DNA of 64,000 nucleotides from Alphaproteobacteria bacterium (GCA_965243135.1 OZ251539.1:1888001-1952000), one strand, 5' to 3'. Positions 9,652 through 20,118 are shown, counted from the stretch's first letter. The notes: generated from the letters alone by a model not told the origin. Made by a program: numbers and translations.

Positions 9652-11646
9652 CTACGCAGCGGGAGCGGGCCGCACCGCGCGGATCTCGACCGCGTCGCCC
9701 GGAGACGTTCCGAGCAGGTCGAATGTCTCCGCGCCCGCCGTCGCGGCGCCGCCGCTTCCGAGTCTGGCCCATCCGCGGAGCGGAGTTCCTCGTCCCGTCG
9801 ACAATTCGACCATGTCGCCTTCGCCGACGCCGAGGCGGTCGGCGGCCTCTTTCGGTATCGTGAACCGGCGGCGCGGCCCGTCCTCTTGGTTGGCCGCCTC
9901 GAACGCCAGAAAGGCCCGGCCGTCCGCCAGGCGCGCCCTCGCCTGTTCCGTCGCGCCGTCGTCGACCCGTCCGTCCGCCGCGACCACCCCGTAACGCTTT
10001 TCCGCCTGCGACCGGGTCAGGTACCCTTCCTTCACGTCGGCCATCACCCGGTCGGGGTCGCGCTTCAACGGATCTCCCCAGCCGCCGCCGCCTGCCGTCT
10101 CCTCGCGCACGACATCCCCCTTCCGCAGCGGAAACCCGGAGACCTTGCCGGGGACGTCCGAAGGCTTCACCGCGGCGCCGTCGCGGATCACGATGAACCG
10201 GTTCGCCGCGCCGTTCGCGCCGCCCGCGACGCCGTACGGAGGGATGACGTTCTTTTCGGACAAAACCGACAGCGCCGCCTGTTCGCCGAGAATCCGGATG
10301 TCCCGCCGCAGTCCGAAGCCGCCGCGAAACTCGCCGTCGCCGCAGCTGCCTTCCCGAATCTCGCAGCGGTCGACCCGCAAGGGAAACTGGCTTTCGACCG
10401 TTTCCACGGATTGTATCGAGTTGAAGTCGCCTTCGTTGTAGCTGCGGACCGCGTTCGATCCGTCGACGCCCTGCGACGCGCCGACGCCTCCCGCAGGCCA
10501 TTCGTAATGGATGAAATCGCCGCCGCGCGGGTTCGGTCCCGAGACGATCACGTGGTTCGCGCCGCCCTTGAGGTCGCCGACGGTCATCTCCGGAACGACC
10601 TGGCCCATGGCCGAGGCGACCACCGAATCGATCAGGAACTTGCATTCCGCCATGCCGCCGCAGGGCGCGTCGCCGCGCGCGTTGATGAAGCTTCCCTCTT
10701 CGGAGACGACGGCGATCGGCTCGAAGGAACCCTGGTTGATCGGCGTCTTCGGGTCGAGAAAGGACTTGACGATCGTGCCGACGGCGTTGAGCGCCATGGC
10801 CGGGCCGCAGTTGGTCGGTCCGTTGGTCTGGGCGGACGTTCCCGTGAAATCGGCGACGATTTCGTCTCGCCTGACCGTCAGCTTCAGTTTCACGACGAGG
10901 GGGTCGGGGTTCGTGCCGTCGCTCTCGATGTAACCCTCCGCATGGTAGTCGCCGTCGGGACACTCGGCGATTCGCGCGCGCAGCCTGCGCGCCGAACGCG
11001 CGATGAGTTCCTCGACGCCGCCGAGAAGGCGCTCGCCGAATCTCCGGTAAAGCCGCTGCAGATGCTCCTCCGCCTTGCGTCCGGTGCCGACCATCGCATT
11101 GAAGTCGCCCAACCGTTCCGAACGCCCGCGCATGTTGTCGAACAACAGGTCGAGAAACGGCTGGTTGAGCGTCCCGCGATCGCGGATCCGGGTCGGCGCG
11201 ATGCGAAGCCCCTCCTGGATGATTTCGCTGACCCTTCCGGAAAGGCTGCCCGGGGTCATGCCTCCCACGTCGTTCCAGTGGCAGCGCATGGCGGCGAACA
11301 TGCCGAGCCTTCCGTCGAAGAAAACCGGTTGGAGCATCAGAATGTCGTTGAGGTGGGTGCCGCCGGTATACGGGTCGTTGTGAAGGAACAGATCGCCTTC
11401 GTTTATGTCGCCGCGGAACGCGGCGACGACCTGTTGCGTCGAATAGGGGACGGCGAAGATGTGGATGGGATGATCCGCGAGGCCCTGCGCCACCTGGCGT
11501 CCGTCCGCCGTCATCAATGCGCAGGAAAAGTCGTGCCCTTCGTAGATGATCGGCGCGTACGACGAATGGATGATGTTCGCGCGCATCTCGTTCACGACGG
11601 CGATCAGCGATTCGCGCACGAGTTCCAACTCGACGACATTTCTCAT
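9652..11646 (-). CDS. Hydantoinase B/oxoprolinase subunit with C-terminal extension
   Basis: DFSCAL, NDPYTGGTHLND, HWNDVGG, QEGLRI, DFTGTS, GEFRGGFG, TAGGGGWGDP. Confidence 0.93.
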   Translation of the reverse strand: MRNVVELELVRESLIAVVNEMRANIIHSSYAPIIYEGHDFSCALMTADGRQVAQGLADHPIHIFAVPYSTQQVVAAFRGDINEGDLFLHNDPYTGGTHLNDILMLQPVFFDGRLGMFAAMRCHWNDVGGMTPGSLSGRVSEIIQEGLRIAPTRIRDRGTLNQPFLDLLFDNMRGRSERLGDFNAMVGTGRKAEEHLQRLYRRFGERLLGGVEELIARSARRLRARIAECPDGDYHAEGYIESDGTNPDPLVVKLKLTVRRDEIVADFTGTSAQTNGPTNCGPAMALNAVGTIVKSFLDPKTPINQGSFEPIAVVSEEGSFINARGDAPCGGMAECKFLIDSVVASAMGQVVPEMTVGDLKGGANHVIVSGPNPRGGDFIHYEWPAGGVGASQGVDGSNAVRSYNEGDFNSIQSVETVESQFPLRVDRCEIREGSCGDGEFRGGFGLRRDIRILGEQAALSVLSEKNVIPPYGVAGGANGAANRFIVIRDGAAVKPSDVPGKVSGFPLRKGDVVREETAGGGGWGDPLKRDPDRVMADVKEGYLTRSQAEKRYGVVAADGRVDDGATEQARARLADGRAFLAFEAANQEDGPRRRFTIPKEAADRLGVGEGDMVELSTGRGTPLRGWARLGSGGAATAGAETFDLLGTSPGDAVEIRAVRPAPAA

Positions 11647-12053
11647 CGCATTCTCCGGGGCCGACGCGTCGTTACGACACATGCCCGCATTCGGGCGCCA
11701 ATGCAATCGGCGAGTCCGCGCCGCGAAAGCTTCGAAAGCCGCGGACCGCGACGCCGCCGCCGGGGTCGTTCGCGTTCGGAGACCTGACCGCGACGCTGGA
11801 GCGGAAGTTCCAAACGTCACGGTCTCGGCGACGGTGCCTGGCCGCCCGCAAGCCCGGCGCCGAGGCGGCCGCTGGTCGCTCCGGAACGCGACCGCGGCGA
11901 TCGTCCGACCGTCCTTGCCCTCCCCTTCTGCAACCGGCTGCCCCGGTCCGCGGCGCCGCGGCAGCCGGACAGCGAATCCGCCCACGAACGAGCGGAGCGG
12001 AAGGCCGGGCGGACGGCAGCCGAAAAAAAGTTGCAAAACAAGAATTGCACATC

Positions 12054-12089
12054 TTGACATGTCGCAATATCTCTATTATCTAATTCGGC
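12054..12089 (+). promoter_or_regulatory. Putative sigma70 promoter of the MerR-like gene
   Basis: TTGACA at 12054-12059, then an AT-rich -10-like tract (TATTATCTAAT) just before ATG 12090; imperfect palindrome TTGACATGTC(GC)AA over the -35; no SD. Confidence 0.5.
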
Positions 12090-12710
12090 ATGATGGACGA
12101 TGCGCTCACCCTCGAAGAACTGAGCGACCGGAGCGGGGTCGAACCCCGGACCCTGCGCTCCTGGATCAGCGAAGGACTGCTCTCCCCGCCGTTCAGGCCA
12201 GGGCGCGGCGCGAAGTATCCGGCGTCCAACGCCGATCGCGCGCTGGCCGTGCGGGCTCTGAAGGACATTCACGGCCTGTCGCTGGCCGAGATTGGCCGCC
12301 GCTTCATGGCGGCGGGAGAAGAGCAGATCGGCGCCTGGGCGCTGGAAGCGGGAGTTACCGCCGTGCCGCCGGGGTCGGCCAGGGAGTATCTTCGCAAGGT
12401 TCGGGCCCGCAACGCGCCTTCCGCCGAGGCTGCGTTCGGTGCGCGCGACGAGCCGGGGATGCCGGCCGCGCCTCCCGAGGACCGCGGGGACGGCCTCGTC
12501 GGCGTCGAGCGCCTGATCCTGCGACTGGAAGAGGTTGCCGGCGCTTTCGCGCCGCGCCGATCGCGCGGCACTGCGTGGACCCGGATCGCCATCACCCAAG
12601 ACCTCGAGCTGTCGGTGCGGGGCTATCTCGAACCGCACGAACGGGTCCTGTTCGAACGACTGGCGGACCAGTTCCGCGCCATAATGAACGGAAGGATACG
12701 GAATGACTGA
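12090..12710 (+). CDS. MerR-like helix-turn-helix protein
   Basis: LTLEELSDRSGVEPRTLRSWISEGLLSPP...GAKY...GLSLAEI; C-terminal WTRIAITQDLELSVR domain. Confidence 0.85.
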   Translation: MMDDALTLEELSDRSGVEPRTLRSWISEGLLSPPFRPGRGAKYPASNADRALAVRALKDIHGLSLAEIGRRFMAAGEEQIGAWALEAGVTAVPPGSAREYLRKVRARNAPSAEAAFGARDEPGMPAAPPEDRGDGLVGVERLILRLEEVAGAFAPRRSRGTAWTRIAITQDLELSVRGYLEPHERVLFERLADQFRAIMNGRIRND

Positions 12711-14025
12711 AGTTAACGTCGCGCTCTCCGCCGACTTCGACCGCAAGCTCTTCTGGAAGGGCGGGCGATCGGTCCGTTATCTGGTCGCCCGCGTCGTAGC
12801 CCGTCGCGAAGACGACGGGCCGCGCAAGGAACGGTCGGCGCTCAACGTCGCGTTGGTCATCGACGCCAGCGGCTCGATGCGCGGCGACAAGCTCGAAGCG
12901 GCCAAGACGGCGGCCTTGGGCCTGGCCGAACGGCTCGCGCCGAGAGACCGCCTCACCGTCGTCTCCTTCGCCTCCGACGTCCAGGTTCACCTCGACGCGG
13001 TGCCGGTCACGACCGAGAACGCGATCCGGATCCGGGCCGAGATTTCCGGTCTGGAGACGCGGGGGATGACCTGCCTCTCGGGCGGCTGGTTCGCGGGCGT
13101 GGAATGCGCCGCGCGCGTCGCCGAGGAGGACGCCGGGCTGACCCCGCGCGTCATCGTCCTGAGCGACGGCCACGCGAACGAAGGCATCTGCGCTCCCGCC
13201 GAGCTTTGCGAGCACGCCGGAGAACTGCGCCAACGCGGCGTACTGACCTCGGCGCTGGGAATCGGCGACGGTTACGACGAACAGCTTCTGCGCGGCATCG
13301 CCGAAAACGGCGGCGGCCGCCTGCACGACGCCGAGACGGATACCGAGATCTCCTCCGTTCTTCTGGGCGAACTCGACGACATTCTCCTGACCGCGGTCGA
13401 GGACGCCGAGATCGCCGTGACGGCGCCCGCCTCAGCGCGGGTGGAGTTCGTCGGAACCGCGCGGACCGACGCCTCCCGCGACCGCCTCGCCGTCGCCCTG
13501 GGCCCGCTCCAGAACGAGGTCGAGCGGATCGCCGTGTTCAAGGTGACCTGCCCCGACGGGCGAGAGGGCGATACGCTGACCTTCGAGGTCGCGGCCGGCG
13601 GTCGGACGGCGGAGGGCGGCGCGGCGCTGAGCGCGACCGCAGGCCCGATCACGCTCACCGCGGCGCCCGGCATATCGAACAGCCCGCAGAGCCGCGACGC
13701 CGACCTGACGCACATCGTCGCCCGCATCTGGCACGCCCATATCGTCGCCACGGTCTCGCGGATGAACCGCGAAAGGCCTTACTCGAACGCCCTCCGTTTC
13801 GCGAAGCGCGAACTGAAGTATTTCGAACGTTATGTCGACGGCTTCGAGTTCGGTCACGAGATGATCCGCGAACTGCAGATGCTGGTCCACCATGCAAGGA
13901 AGCCGATGTCGTCCCGGATGCGCAAGGAGATCACGATTCAGACTGACCTTGAAGCGCAAGCCCGCGTCGACCGGCGCGGCCCGTCCAAGCCTCGCTGGAG
14001 CGAGCGGATGGCCCGCGGAGAGTAA
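12703..14025 (+). CDS. von Willebrand factor A (vWA) domain protein
   Basis: LNVALVIDASGSM (MIDAS DxSxS), GMTCLSGG, VIVLSDGHANEG, LGIGDGYDEQLL; overlaps the MerR gene by 8 bp. Confidence 0.9.
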   Translation: MTEVNVALSADFDRKLFWKGGRSVRYLVARVVARREDDGPRKERSALNVALVIDASGSMRGDKLEAAKTAALGLAERLAPRDRLTVVSFASDVQVHLDAVPVTTENAIRIRAEISGLETRGMTCLSGGWFAGVECAARVAEEDAGLTPRVIVLSDGHANEGICAPAELCEHAGELRQRGVLTSALGIGDGYDEQLLRGIAENGGGRLHDAETDTEISSVLLGELDDILLTAVEDAEIAVTAPASARVEFVGTARTDASRDRLAVALGPLQNEVERIAVFKVTCPDGREGDTLTFEVAAGGRTAEGGAALSATAGPITLTAAPGISNSPQSRDADLTHIVARIWHAHIVATVSRMNRERPYSNALRFAKRELKYFERYVDGFEFGHEMIRELQMLVHHARKPMSSRMRKEITIQTDLEAQARVDRRGPSKPRWSERMARGE

Positions 14026-14404
14026 CCTGCCTGCAGCCGGAATCGCGAACGCCGGTCCATGCCCTTCGACGGGCCCGAGGCGTGACGAGGGAATCGCCCG
14101 TTTCTTCATCCTTCGCTTCGAGGCGCTCCGGCAGGGGCGAGGGGCTCGCCCCTGCCTCGAAGGACTCACGGCTACGGGCTTGAAAGGCAGCGCCGGCAAT
14201 TCCGGAGCCGTCGCCCCGACTCGACGCGCGAGGATCGCTTCTTCGGACTTCTCCAGTCCCTGCAGCCGTTCCGTCCGCCGCCCTTTGGAAGCGTTCCGAA
14301 ACCGGACAGGGTACGTGGACCGGTCATGCCGTCCGTCGATGACGGGTTGGTTTCGCTTCGTTCGACCTTTACATTCCGGTCGAGCATCACATCGCGAGCG
14401 CGTC

Positions 14405-16024
14405 ATGCGAACATCCTCGTCGCACGTGGACACCTTCGTACTCGACAACATGACCGGCCCCGAACTGTGGCCGGAAATGGATTATTCCGTTCTGCCGGAA
14501 CTCGCCGCCTACCCCGCCCGCTTCAACGCGGCCTCCGAACTGATCGACGGACAGGCGGACGACAGGCCGGCGATCCTGTTCGGCGACGAAACGTGGACAT
14601 ATGCCAGCCTGGCGGATCGCGCCAATCGAATCGCCGAGGTTCTCGTCGAGGACTGCGGACTCGTTCCGGGCGAACGCGTCCTGTTGCGCTCGGGCAACCA
14701 TCCGATGCTGGTCGCCTCGTGGCTCGGAACCCTCAAGGCCGGCGGCATAGCCGTCGCCACGATGCCCGTGCTCCGGGAACGGGAACTCGTCTACATGATC
14801 GGCAAGGCCAAAATCCGCGTCGCCATTTCCAGCGCCGATCTCGCGGACGAACTGGAGAAAGCCTCGAAGTCCGGCCTCGACCGCATCCTCCGGTTCGGAA
14901 ACGGACTGGAAGCCGCCATGGGAAACAAGACCGGCCGCTTCGACGCCGTCGATACGGCGGCCGACGACCCGGCGATCATCGGGTTCACTTCGGGGTCGAC
15001 CGGAACGCCGAAAGCGACGGTCCATTTTCACAGGGACATTCTCGCCGCCGCCGATTGCTTCGCCGGCCGCGTAGTGAAAATACGTCCGGGCGACATCGTG
15101 TGCGGCAGCCCGCAAATCGCCTTTCTTTACGGTCTCTGCGCCTTCATCCCCGACGCCTTTCGGTTCGGCGCGACCGCGGCGCTGCTCGAACGCGGAACGC
15201 CGAACGCCGTCCTGCAGGCCATCGAGAAACACAGGGCGACGATCTGCTTCTCGACGCCCTCCGGTTACAGGATGATGCTCGACGCCGCGCGCGACCGCGA
15301 TCTGTCGTCCTTGCGGGAATGCGTCGCCGGCGGCGAGCCCCTGCCCCCGGCGACCTTTCACGAGTGGAAGGAAATCACGGGCGTCGAACTCATCAACGGG
15401 CTCGGAATTTCCGAACTGCTGCACATCTTCATTTCGGCGAGCGGCGGCGACATCAGGCCGGGCGCCGTCGGCAAGGCCGTCCCCGGATTCCAGGTCCGAA
15501 TCGTGGACGAGAACATGAACGATGCGCCGCCCGGCGCGGTCGGCCAGATGATCGCGAAGGGTCCGAACGGCTGCCGTTACCTCGGCGATCCGGACCGTCA
15601 GGCGTCGTACGTCCGCGACGGTTGGAACATGTCCGGCGACCTTTGCCGCATGGACGCCGACGGCTACGTTCATTACGAGGCGCGCACCGATGACATGATT
15701 CTCACGGGCGGATACAATGTTTCCGGACTGGAAGTGGAAGCGGTGCTGCTCGAACATCCCAAGGTTCGCGAGGCCGCGGTCGTCGGCTCGCCCGACGCCG
15801 AACGCGGCGAAATCGTCAAGGCGTTCGTCGTGCCTTCCGAGGCGCCGGCGGCCTGCGACGAAACGGTTTCGGAACTGCAGGACTTCGTTAAATCCCAGAT
15901 ATCCGCCTTCAAGTATCCGCGCGCGGTCGAGTTCGTCGACGAATTGCCGCTGACCGCGACGGGCAAGATCCGGCGCGGCGCCCTCCGTCAGCTCGAACGG
16001 GACCGGGCCGCCGACGATTCCTGA
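14405..16024 (+). CDS. Aromatic acid-CoA ligase (2-aminobenzoate/benzoate-CoA ligase-like)
   Basis: SSHVDTFVLDN...PELWP N-terminus, FTSGSTGTPKATVHFHRD AMP-binding motif, GLGISELLHIFIS, KYPRAVEFVDELPLTATGK. Confidence 0.87.
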   Translation: MRTSSSHVDTFVLDNMTGPELWPEMDYSVLPELAAYPARFNAASELIDGQADDRPAILFGDETWTYASLADRANRIAEVLVEDCGLVPGERVLLRSGNHPMLVASWLGTLKAGGIAVATMPVLRERELVYMIGKAKIRVAISSADLADELEKASKSGLDRILRFGNGLEAAMGNKTGRFDAVDTAADDPAIIGFTSGSTGTPKATVHFHRDILAAADCFAGRVVKIRPGDIVCGSPQIAFLYGLCAFIPDAFRFGATAALLERGTPNAVLQAIEKHRATICFSTPSGYRMMLDAARDRDLSSLRECVAGGEPLPPATFHEWKEITGVELINGLGISELLHIFISASGGDIRPGAVGKAVPGFQVRIVDENMNDAPPGAVGQMIAKGPNGCRYLGDPDRQASYVRDGWNMSGDLCRMDADGYVHYEARTDDMILTGGYNVSGLEVEAVLLEHPKVREAAVVGSPDAERGEIVKAFVVPSEAPAACDETVSELQDFVKSQISAFKYPRAVEFVDELPLTATGKIRRGALRQLERDRAADDS

Positions 16025-16043
16025 TCACCACGGAGAAACGCAC

Positions 16044-16640
16044 ATGTCGGAACTCAACGTCCGCGACAAGAACACCCTCGATTTCCTGTTGTCGCGCCGA
16101 TCCATTCTCGCCCGCATGATGGAAGGCCCGGGCCCGGACGACGCGGATCTGCGCCGGATTCTCCGGACCGGCCTGCGGGTTCCCGACCACGGCCGGCTTG
16201 CGCCGTGGCGGTTCATCGTCATACGGGGCGAAGCGCGGGAAAAACTCGGCGGCGTGCTCGCGGAAACTTTCGAAAGGAAGAACCCCGACGCGATCGACGA
16301 ACAGATCGAAATCGAACGCGAACGCCTGACTCGCGCTCCGGTCGTCGTCGCCGTGGTGTCGAAGGTCGTCAAGGAGCACAAGATTCCCGAGTGGGAGCAG
16401 ATCCTTTCGTCCGGGGCGGCGTGCCAGACCATGTTGATCGCGGCGCTCTCGATGGGATACGCCGCGCAATGGATCACCGAATGGTACGCCTACGATCCGG
16501 ACGTGAAGGCGGCGCTCGGCGTCGGCGCCGAAGACCGGATCGCCGGTTTCCTCTATCTCGGGAACGAAGCGGCCGAACCGACCGAACGGATGCGCCCGGA
16601 ATACGACGACATCGTTTCGGAGTGGACGCCGCCGAACTGA
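16044..16640 (+). CDS. Nitroreductase (YdjA-like)
   Basis: LLSRRS, RVPDHGRLAPWRFIVI, IPEWEQILSSGAAC, GYAAQWITEW, IAGFLYLG. Confidence 0.9.
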   Translation: MSELNVRDKNTLDFLLSRRSILARMMEGPGPDDADLRRILRTGLRVPDHGRLAPWRFIVIRGEAREKLGGVLAETFERKNPDAIDEQIEIERERLTRAPVVVAVVSKVVKEHKIPEWEQILSSGAACQTMLIAALSMGYAAQWITEWYAYDPDVKAALGVGAEDRIAGFLYLGNEAAEPTERMRPEYDDIVSEWTPPN

Positions 16641-16650
16641 ACGCGCCGGT

Positions 16651-17634
16651 TCAGACGGTCAATACGACCTTGCCGCGAACCCGCCGCTCGCTCAGCACCG
16701 CGCAAGCCTTCGCCACCTCTTCCATGGGGTAGGACGCCTGCACCGGCATGCGCAACTTGCGCGCCGCCAGCATGCCGAAAAGTTCGGCTTGCACCCGGCG
16801 CACCCGCGCCGGATCTCGATCTCGGTAGGCCGCCCAGTTGACGCCGGTAACCGCGATATTCTTCAGAAGCAGATAGTTCGCGCGAAGCGACGGAATGGTG
16901 CCGCCGGCGAAGCCGACCACCACGAGGCGGCCGCCGAAATCGACGGCCCGGATGGCGCCGTCGAACGTTTCGCCGCCGATCATTTCCACGACGACGTCGA
17001 CGCCGCCTCCGACGACCTGCTTCACCTGGCCGCGAATCGATTCCCTGGGATCGCCGAGCGAGAGGTCGATCACGTGATCGGCGCCGTTGGCGCGCACGAG
17101 ATCTTCCTTGGACATCGTCGTAAGGCCGGCGATCGTTTCGCAACCGAGCGCCTTCGCGACCTGAAGCGCCGCCAGGCCGACGCTGCCAGACGCCCCGGTG
17201 ACCAGCACGCGGTCCCCTTCGGCGGCGGCGGCGCGCTCGACCAAAGCGAAATGCGCCGTCTGGCCGGCGATGCCGATCGCCGCCGCTTCCTCGAAGCCTA
17301 TAGCCGCAGGCACCGGGTACGCTTGGGATGCCGGGACGAGGATTTCCTCCGCGTAGGCCCCCCACTCCACCTGAACCATCACGCGGTCGCCCGGCGCGAA
17401 CTCGGTCACGCCCTCGCCGATTTCCGCGACGAGCCCGGCCGCCTCCTTGCCGGGCGTGAAAGGCAGCGGCGGCCGAACCTGGTACTTGCCTTCCAGCGTC
17501 AGAAGATCCGGAAAGTTGACGGCGGCGGCGCGCGTCCGCACAACAATCTCTCCCGGCCCCGGCGATGGAGACGGCAAACTCTCGACGACCAAGCGTTCCG
17601 GCGGGCCAAGTTCCCTTGCGACGACTGCGCGCAT
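16651..17634 (-). CDS. NADPH:quinone oxidoreductase family protein (MDR)
   Basis: VNFPDLL..GKYQVRPPLPFTPGKE, VLVTGASGSVG, GRLVVVGFAGG, GKVVL. Confidence 0.92.
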   Translation of the reverse strand: MRAVVARELGPPERLVVESLPSPSPGPGEIVVRTRAAAVNFPDLLTLEGKYQVRPPLPFTPGKEAAGLVAEIGEGVTEFAPGDRVMVQVEWGAYAEEILVPASQAYPVPAAIGFEEAAAIGIAGQTAHFALVERAAAAEGDRVLVTGASGSVGLAALQVAKALGCETIAGLTTMSKEDLVRANGADHVIDLSLGDPRESIRGQVKQVVGGGVDVVVEMIGGETFDGAIRAVDFGGRLVVVGFAGGTIPSLRANYLLLKNIAVTGVNWAAYRDRDPARVRRVQAELFGMLAARKLRMPVQASYPMEEVAKACAVLSERRVRGKVVLTV

Positions 17635-17889
17635 TTCATCCTTCCTCCTGTCCGAGGCGACAAGGTAGCGGCGCGGCCGGGAATCTCAACCGGCACCGTT
17701 TTCAGGGCGCTGAAGATTGCCGATCGGCGTGTTAATAAAGAGCTTTTCTCGGAGAAAAGATCCGTCGTGGTCATGTGGCCGGTCTCCAGCCGCGGCCGGG
17801 CGGCCCGTCAAGCCGCGCGACGAACCGGCGGAATCGGCTGCCGTCGCGGGCGGCGTTCTTTCGCGGAGGCGGCCGTGACGGGAAGCCGT

Positions 17890-19419
17890 TCAGGCGGGCT
17901 CGCAATCGAAGCCGACGACGTTGCGCTCCTCGCGGCTGAACTCCACCCCGATCAGGTGGACCGAACGTCCGAGACGACGGTACTTGTCCGCATAGCCCTT
18001 CTCCCGCAACTGCGCGAGCGCGGTCCCCTCCCGCCCGCGCTCCACCACCTTGAACTCGAACAGGTAGACGCCGCCGCCGGCGCGGATCGCCATGTCGGCG
18101 CGCCCCCGGCTGCCGCTGTCCTCGGCCACCGGCTCGAAGCCCTCCATCAGGAAGCAGCTGTGGATGACGCTCGCGTAGTGGGCCTCGTACACCGGGCTGT
18201 TCATGTACCACTGGTGCGGGATGGCGGCGAAGACGCCGCGGAACAGGGTCCCGATGCGTTCGAAGTCGTTCGCCTCCAGCAGTTCGCCCAGCCGCAGGCG
18301 CCCCGTCTTTTTGCGGGCCTCGACCGGGAGCAGTTCTTCCAGCAAGGCCTCGCCCAGGCTCTGGCGCACCTCGAGGTTCGGGTAGTCCAGCCTGTAGCGC
18401 CCGTCCTCCTCGCCGACGATGGTGAGGTAGCCGGTCTGGAACAGAAGCGCCTCGACCGAGATATTGTCCACGTCGAAGGTCGAGAGCAGGCTCTCGCTGC
18501 CGATCATGCCGTCCAGGTCGGGAGTGGGCAGGTCGCGGCGCGCCAGCGTCTCGACCAGGAAGGTCGGCGTGCCGCTATGGAACCAGTAGTTGCCGAACTT
18601 GCGTTTGTCAAACAGCAGCAGGAGGCCGAACGGGTTGTAGACCCTCTCCGGTCCGAGCCAGTTGTAGCCGTTGTACCAGCGGCGGACCTCGTCCCGGTCC
18701 AGGCCCTCGAGTTCCGGGGCGAAGACCGCGTCCAGTTCCGCGTCCGTGCAACCGCAGATGGCGCCGTAGCGCTCGTCCAGCGTGATGTCGTTCAGGTTGT
18801 TCAGGCCCGAGAACAGGCCCGCCTTCGAGAATTTGCTCACTCCCGTCAGGAAAACGAAACGGAGATGCCTGTCGCAGGCCTTGATCACCCCGTACAGGCT
18901 GCGCAGGAAGTCGCGGTTGGCCCGCGCCAGTTCCCGGTCGCCGAGCGCGTCCAGGATCGGCTTGTCGTATTCGTCCACCAGAACCACCGCCCGCTGCCCG
19001 GTGCGTTCGTGCAGGTCCGCGATCAGTTCCCGGAAGCGGACCGAAACTCTGGCGCCGCCCGGCTCGATGCCGGCCCGCCTCTCCGCCGCCTTCAGTTGCG
19101 ATTCCGTTTCTTCCCGAACTCCGTCCGGGTCGCCGAAATCGCCCCCGCCGAAATCCAGCCGCACGACAGGATAACGTATCGACCAGTCCCACCTGCCGTG
19201 CACGGCGAGGCCCCGGAACAGCTCCTCGCTTCCCTCGAACAACTCCTGCAGCGTGTCCACCAGCAGGCTCTTGCCGAACCGGCGCGGACGCGACAGGAAA
19301 TAGTACTTGCCCCTTTCGACGAGGCGGCGCACATGGTCCGTCTTGTCGACGTAGTAGCAGTCCATCCCCCGGATCTCCCGGAGGGAGGAAAAGCCGATCG
19401 GAAGCATGCGTTGCGTCAT
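17890..19419 (-). CDS. AAA-ATPase-like + PD-(D/E)XK nuclease protein (copy 2, open frame)
   Basis: MTQRMLPIG...SRPRRFGKS...VDEYDKP...YNGY...YNPF...QTGYLTI...EAHY...GRADM...FEFK...ALAQLREKGY; 2-codon deletion (SPVYEAHY). Confidence 0.92.
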   Translation of the reverse strand: MTQRMLPIGFSSLREIRGMDCYYVDKTDHVRRLVERGKYYFLSRPRRFGKSLLVDTLQELFEGSEELFRGLAVHGRWDWSIRYPVVRLDFGGGDFGDPDGVREETESQLKAAERRAGIEPGGARVSVRFRELIADLHERTGQRAVVLVDEYDKPILDALGDRELARANRDFLRSLYGVIKACDRHLRFVFLTGVSKFSKAGLFSGLNNLNDITLDERYGAICGCTDAELDAVFAPELEGLDRDEVRRWYNGYNWLGPERVYNPFGLLLLFDKRKFGNYWFHSGTPTFLVETLARRDLPTPDLDGMIGSESLLSTFDVDNISVEALLFQTGYLTIVGEEDGRYRLDYPNLEVRQSLGEALLEELLPVEARKKTGRLRLGELLEANDFERIGTLFRGVFAAIPHQWYMNSPVYEAHYASVIHSCFLMEGFEPVAEDSGSRGRADMAIRAGGGVYLFEFKVVERGREGTALAQLREKGYADKYRRLGRSVHLIGVEFSREERNVVGFDCEPA

Positions 19420-19499
19420 TCGAAGAGGGTAGGCCGCCGCGCCGGAGCCGTCAAGAAGTCGGCGGCGGCAGGCCTGTCTGCGTCCCCTGGCGCGGCAAG

Positions 19500-19935
19500 C
19501 AGCCGGCAGTTTCCGCGGCGGCCCGGGCGGTACGGCGGGTTTTCCGGCGGCGGCCTGAAACGGAGGACGACCAACAAGGAGAGCGCCGCCGCGCCCAGAC
19601 AAGAAGTCCGCCGCGACGCCCGGAAGCGACACGACCGGAAGCTGTCGCCGCGCCCGAAACGGCGAGGTCGACCGCCAGTCCGCGCCTGCGAACGAAGTAG
19701 CGGGAAACCGCGGCCGTGACCAGCGGGCGGTCGGCGGGGGGTAGGCGTCGAGGCGCGCCGGCTTCACCCACCTGCTGCCCTTCCGTTCACGCGGCCTCCC
19801 CATTTCCGGCAGACGTAAACTCGTCGACGTCGAGTTCCTCCCGAAGCTCCCGGGGCCCGGCGTCCCTCCGCCGCCGGCCGCCGGGGAATTCCCCCGCTCC
19901 GCCCTCCGGCCGCCGCGACGGCGAAAACGACCGGC
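19500..19935 (-). pseudogene. Fused, microdeleted mutT-like (Nudix) and MFS remnants
   Basis: RRPEGGAGEFPGG...RELREELDVDE and WVKPARLDAYP (Nudix) followed by PLVTAAVSRYF (MFS). Confidence 0.7.
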
Positions 19936-20118
19936 TCTCCCGCCCTGCGGCGCGGAACCCGGAGACGCGCCCGGCCCGCGAAACCTGCAGGGAGACGCCG
20001 CCGGCCCCGAGGCGGCCTCCTCGGCCGGGCGGCCCGTCAAGCCGCGCGACGAACCGGCGGAACCGGCTGCCGTCGCGCGCGGCGTTCTGTCGCGGAGGCG
20101 GCCGTGACGGGAAGCCGT

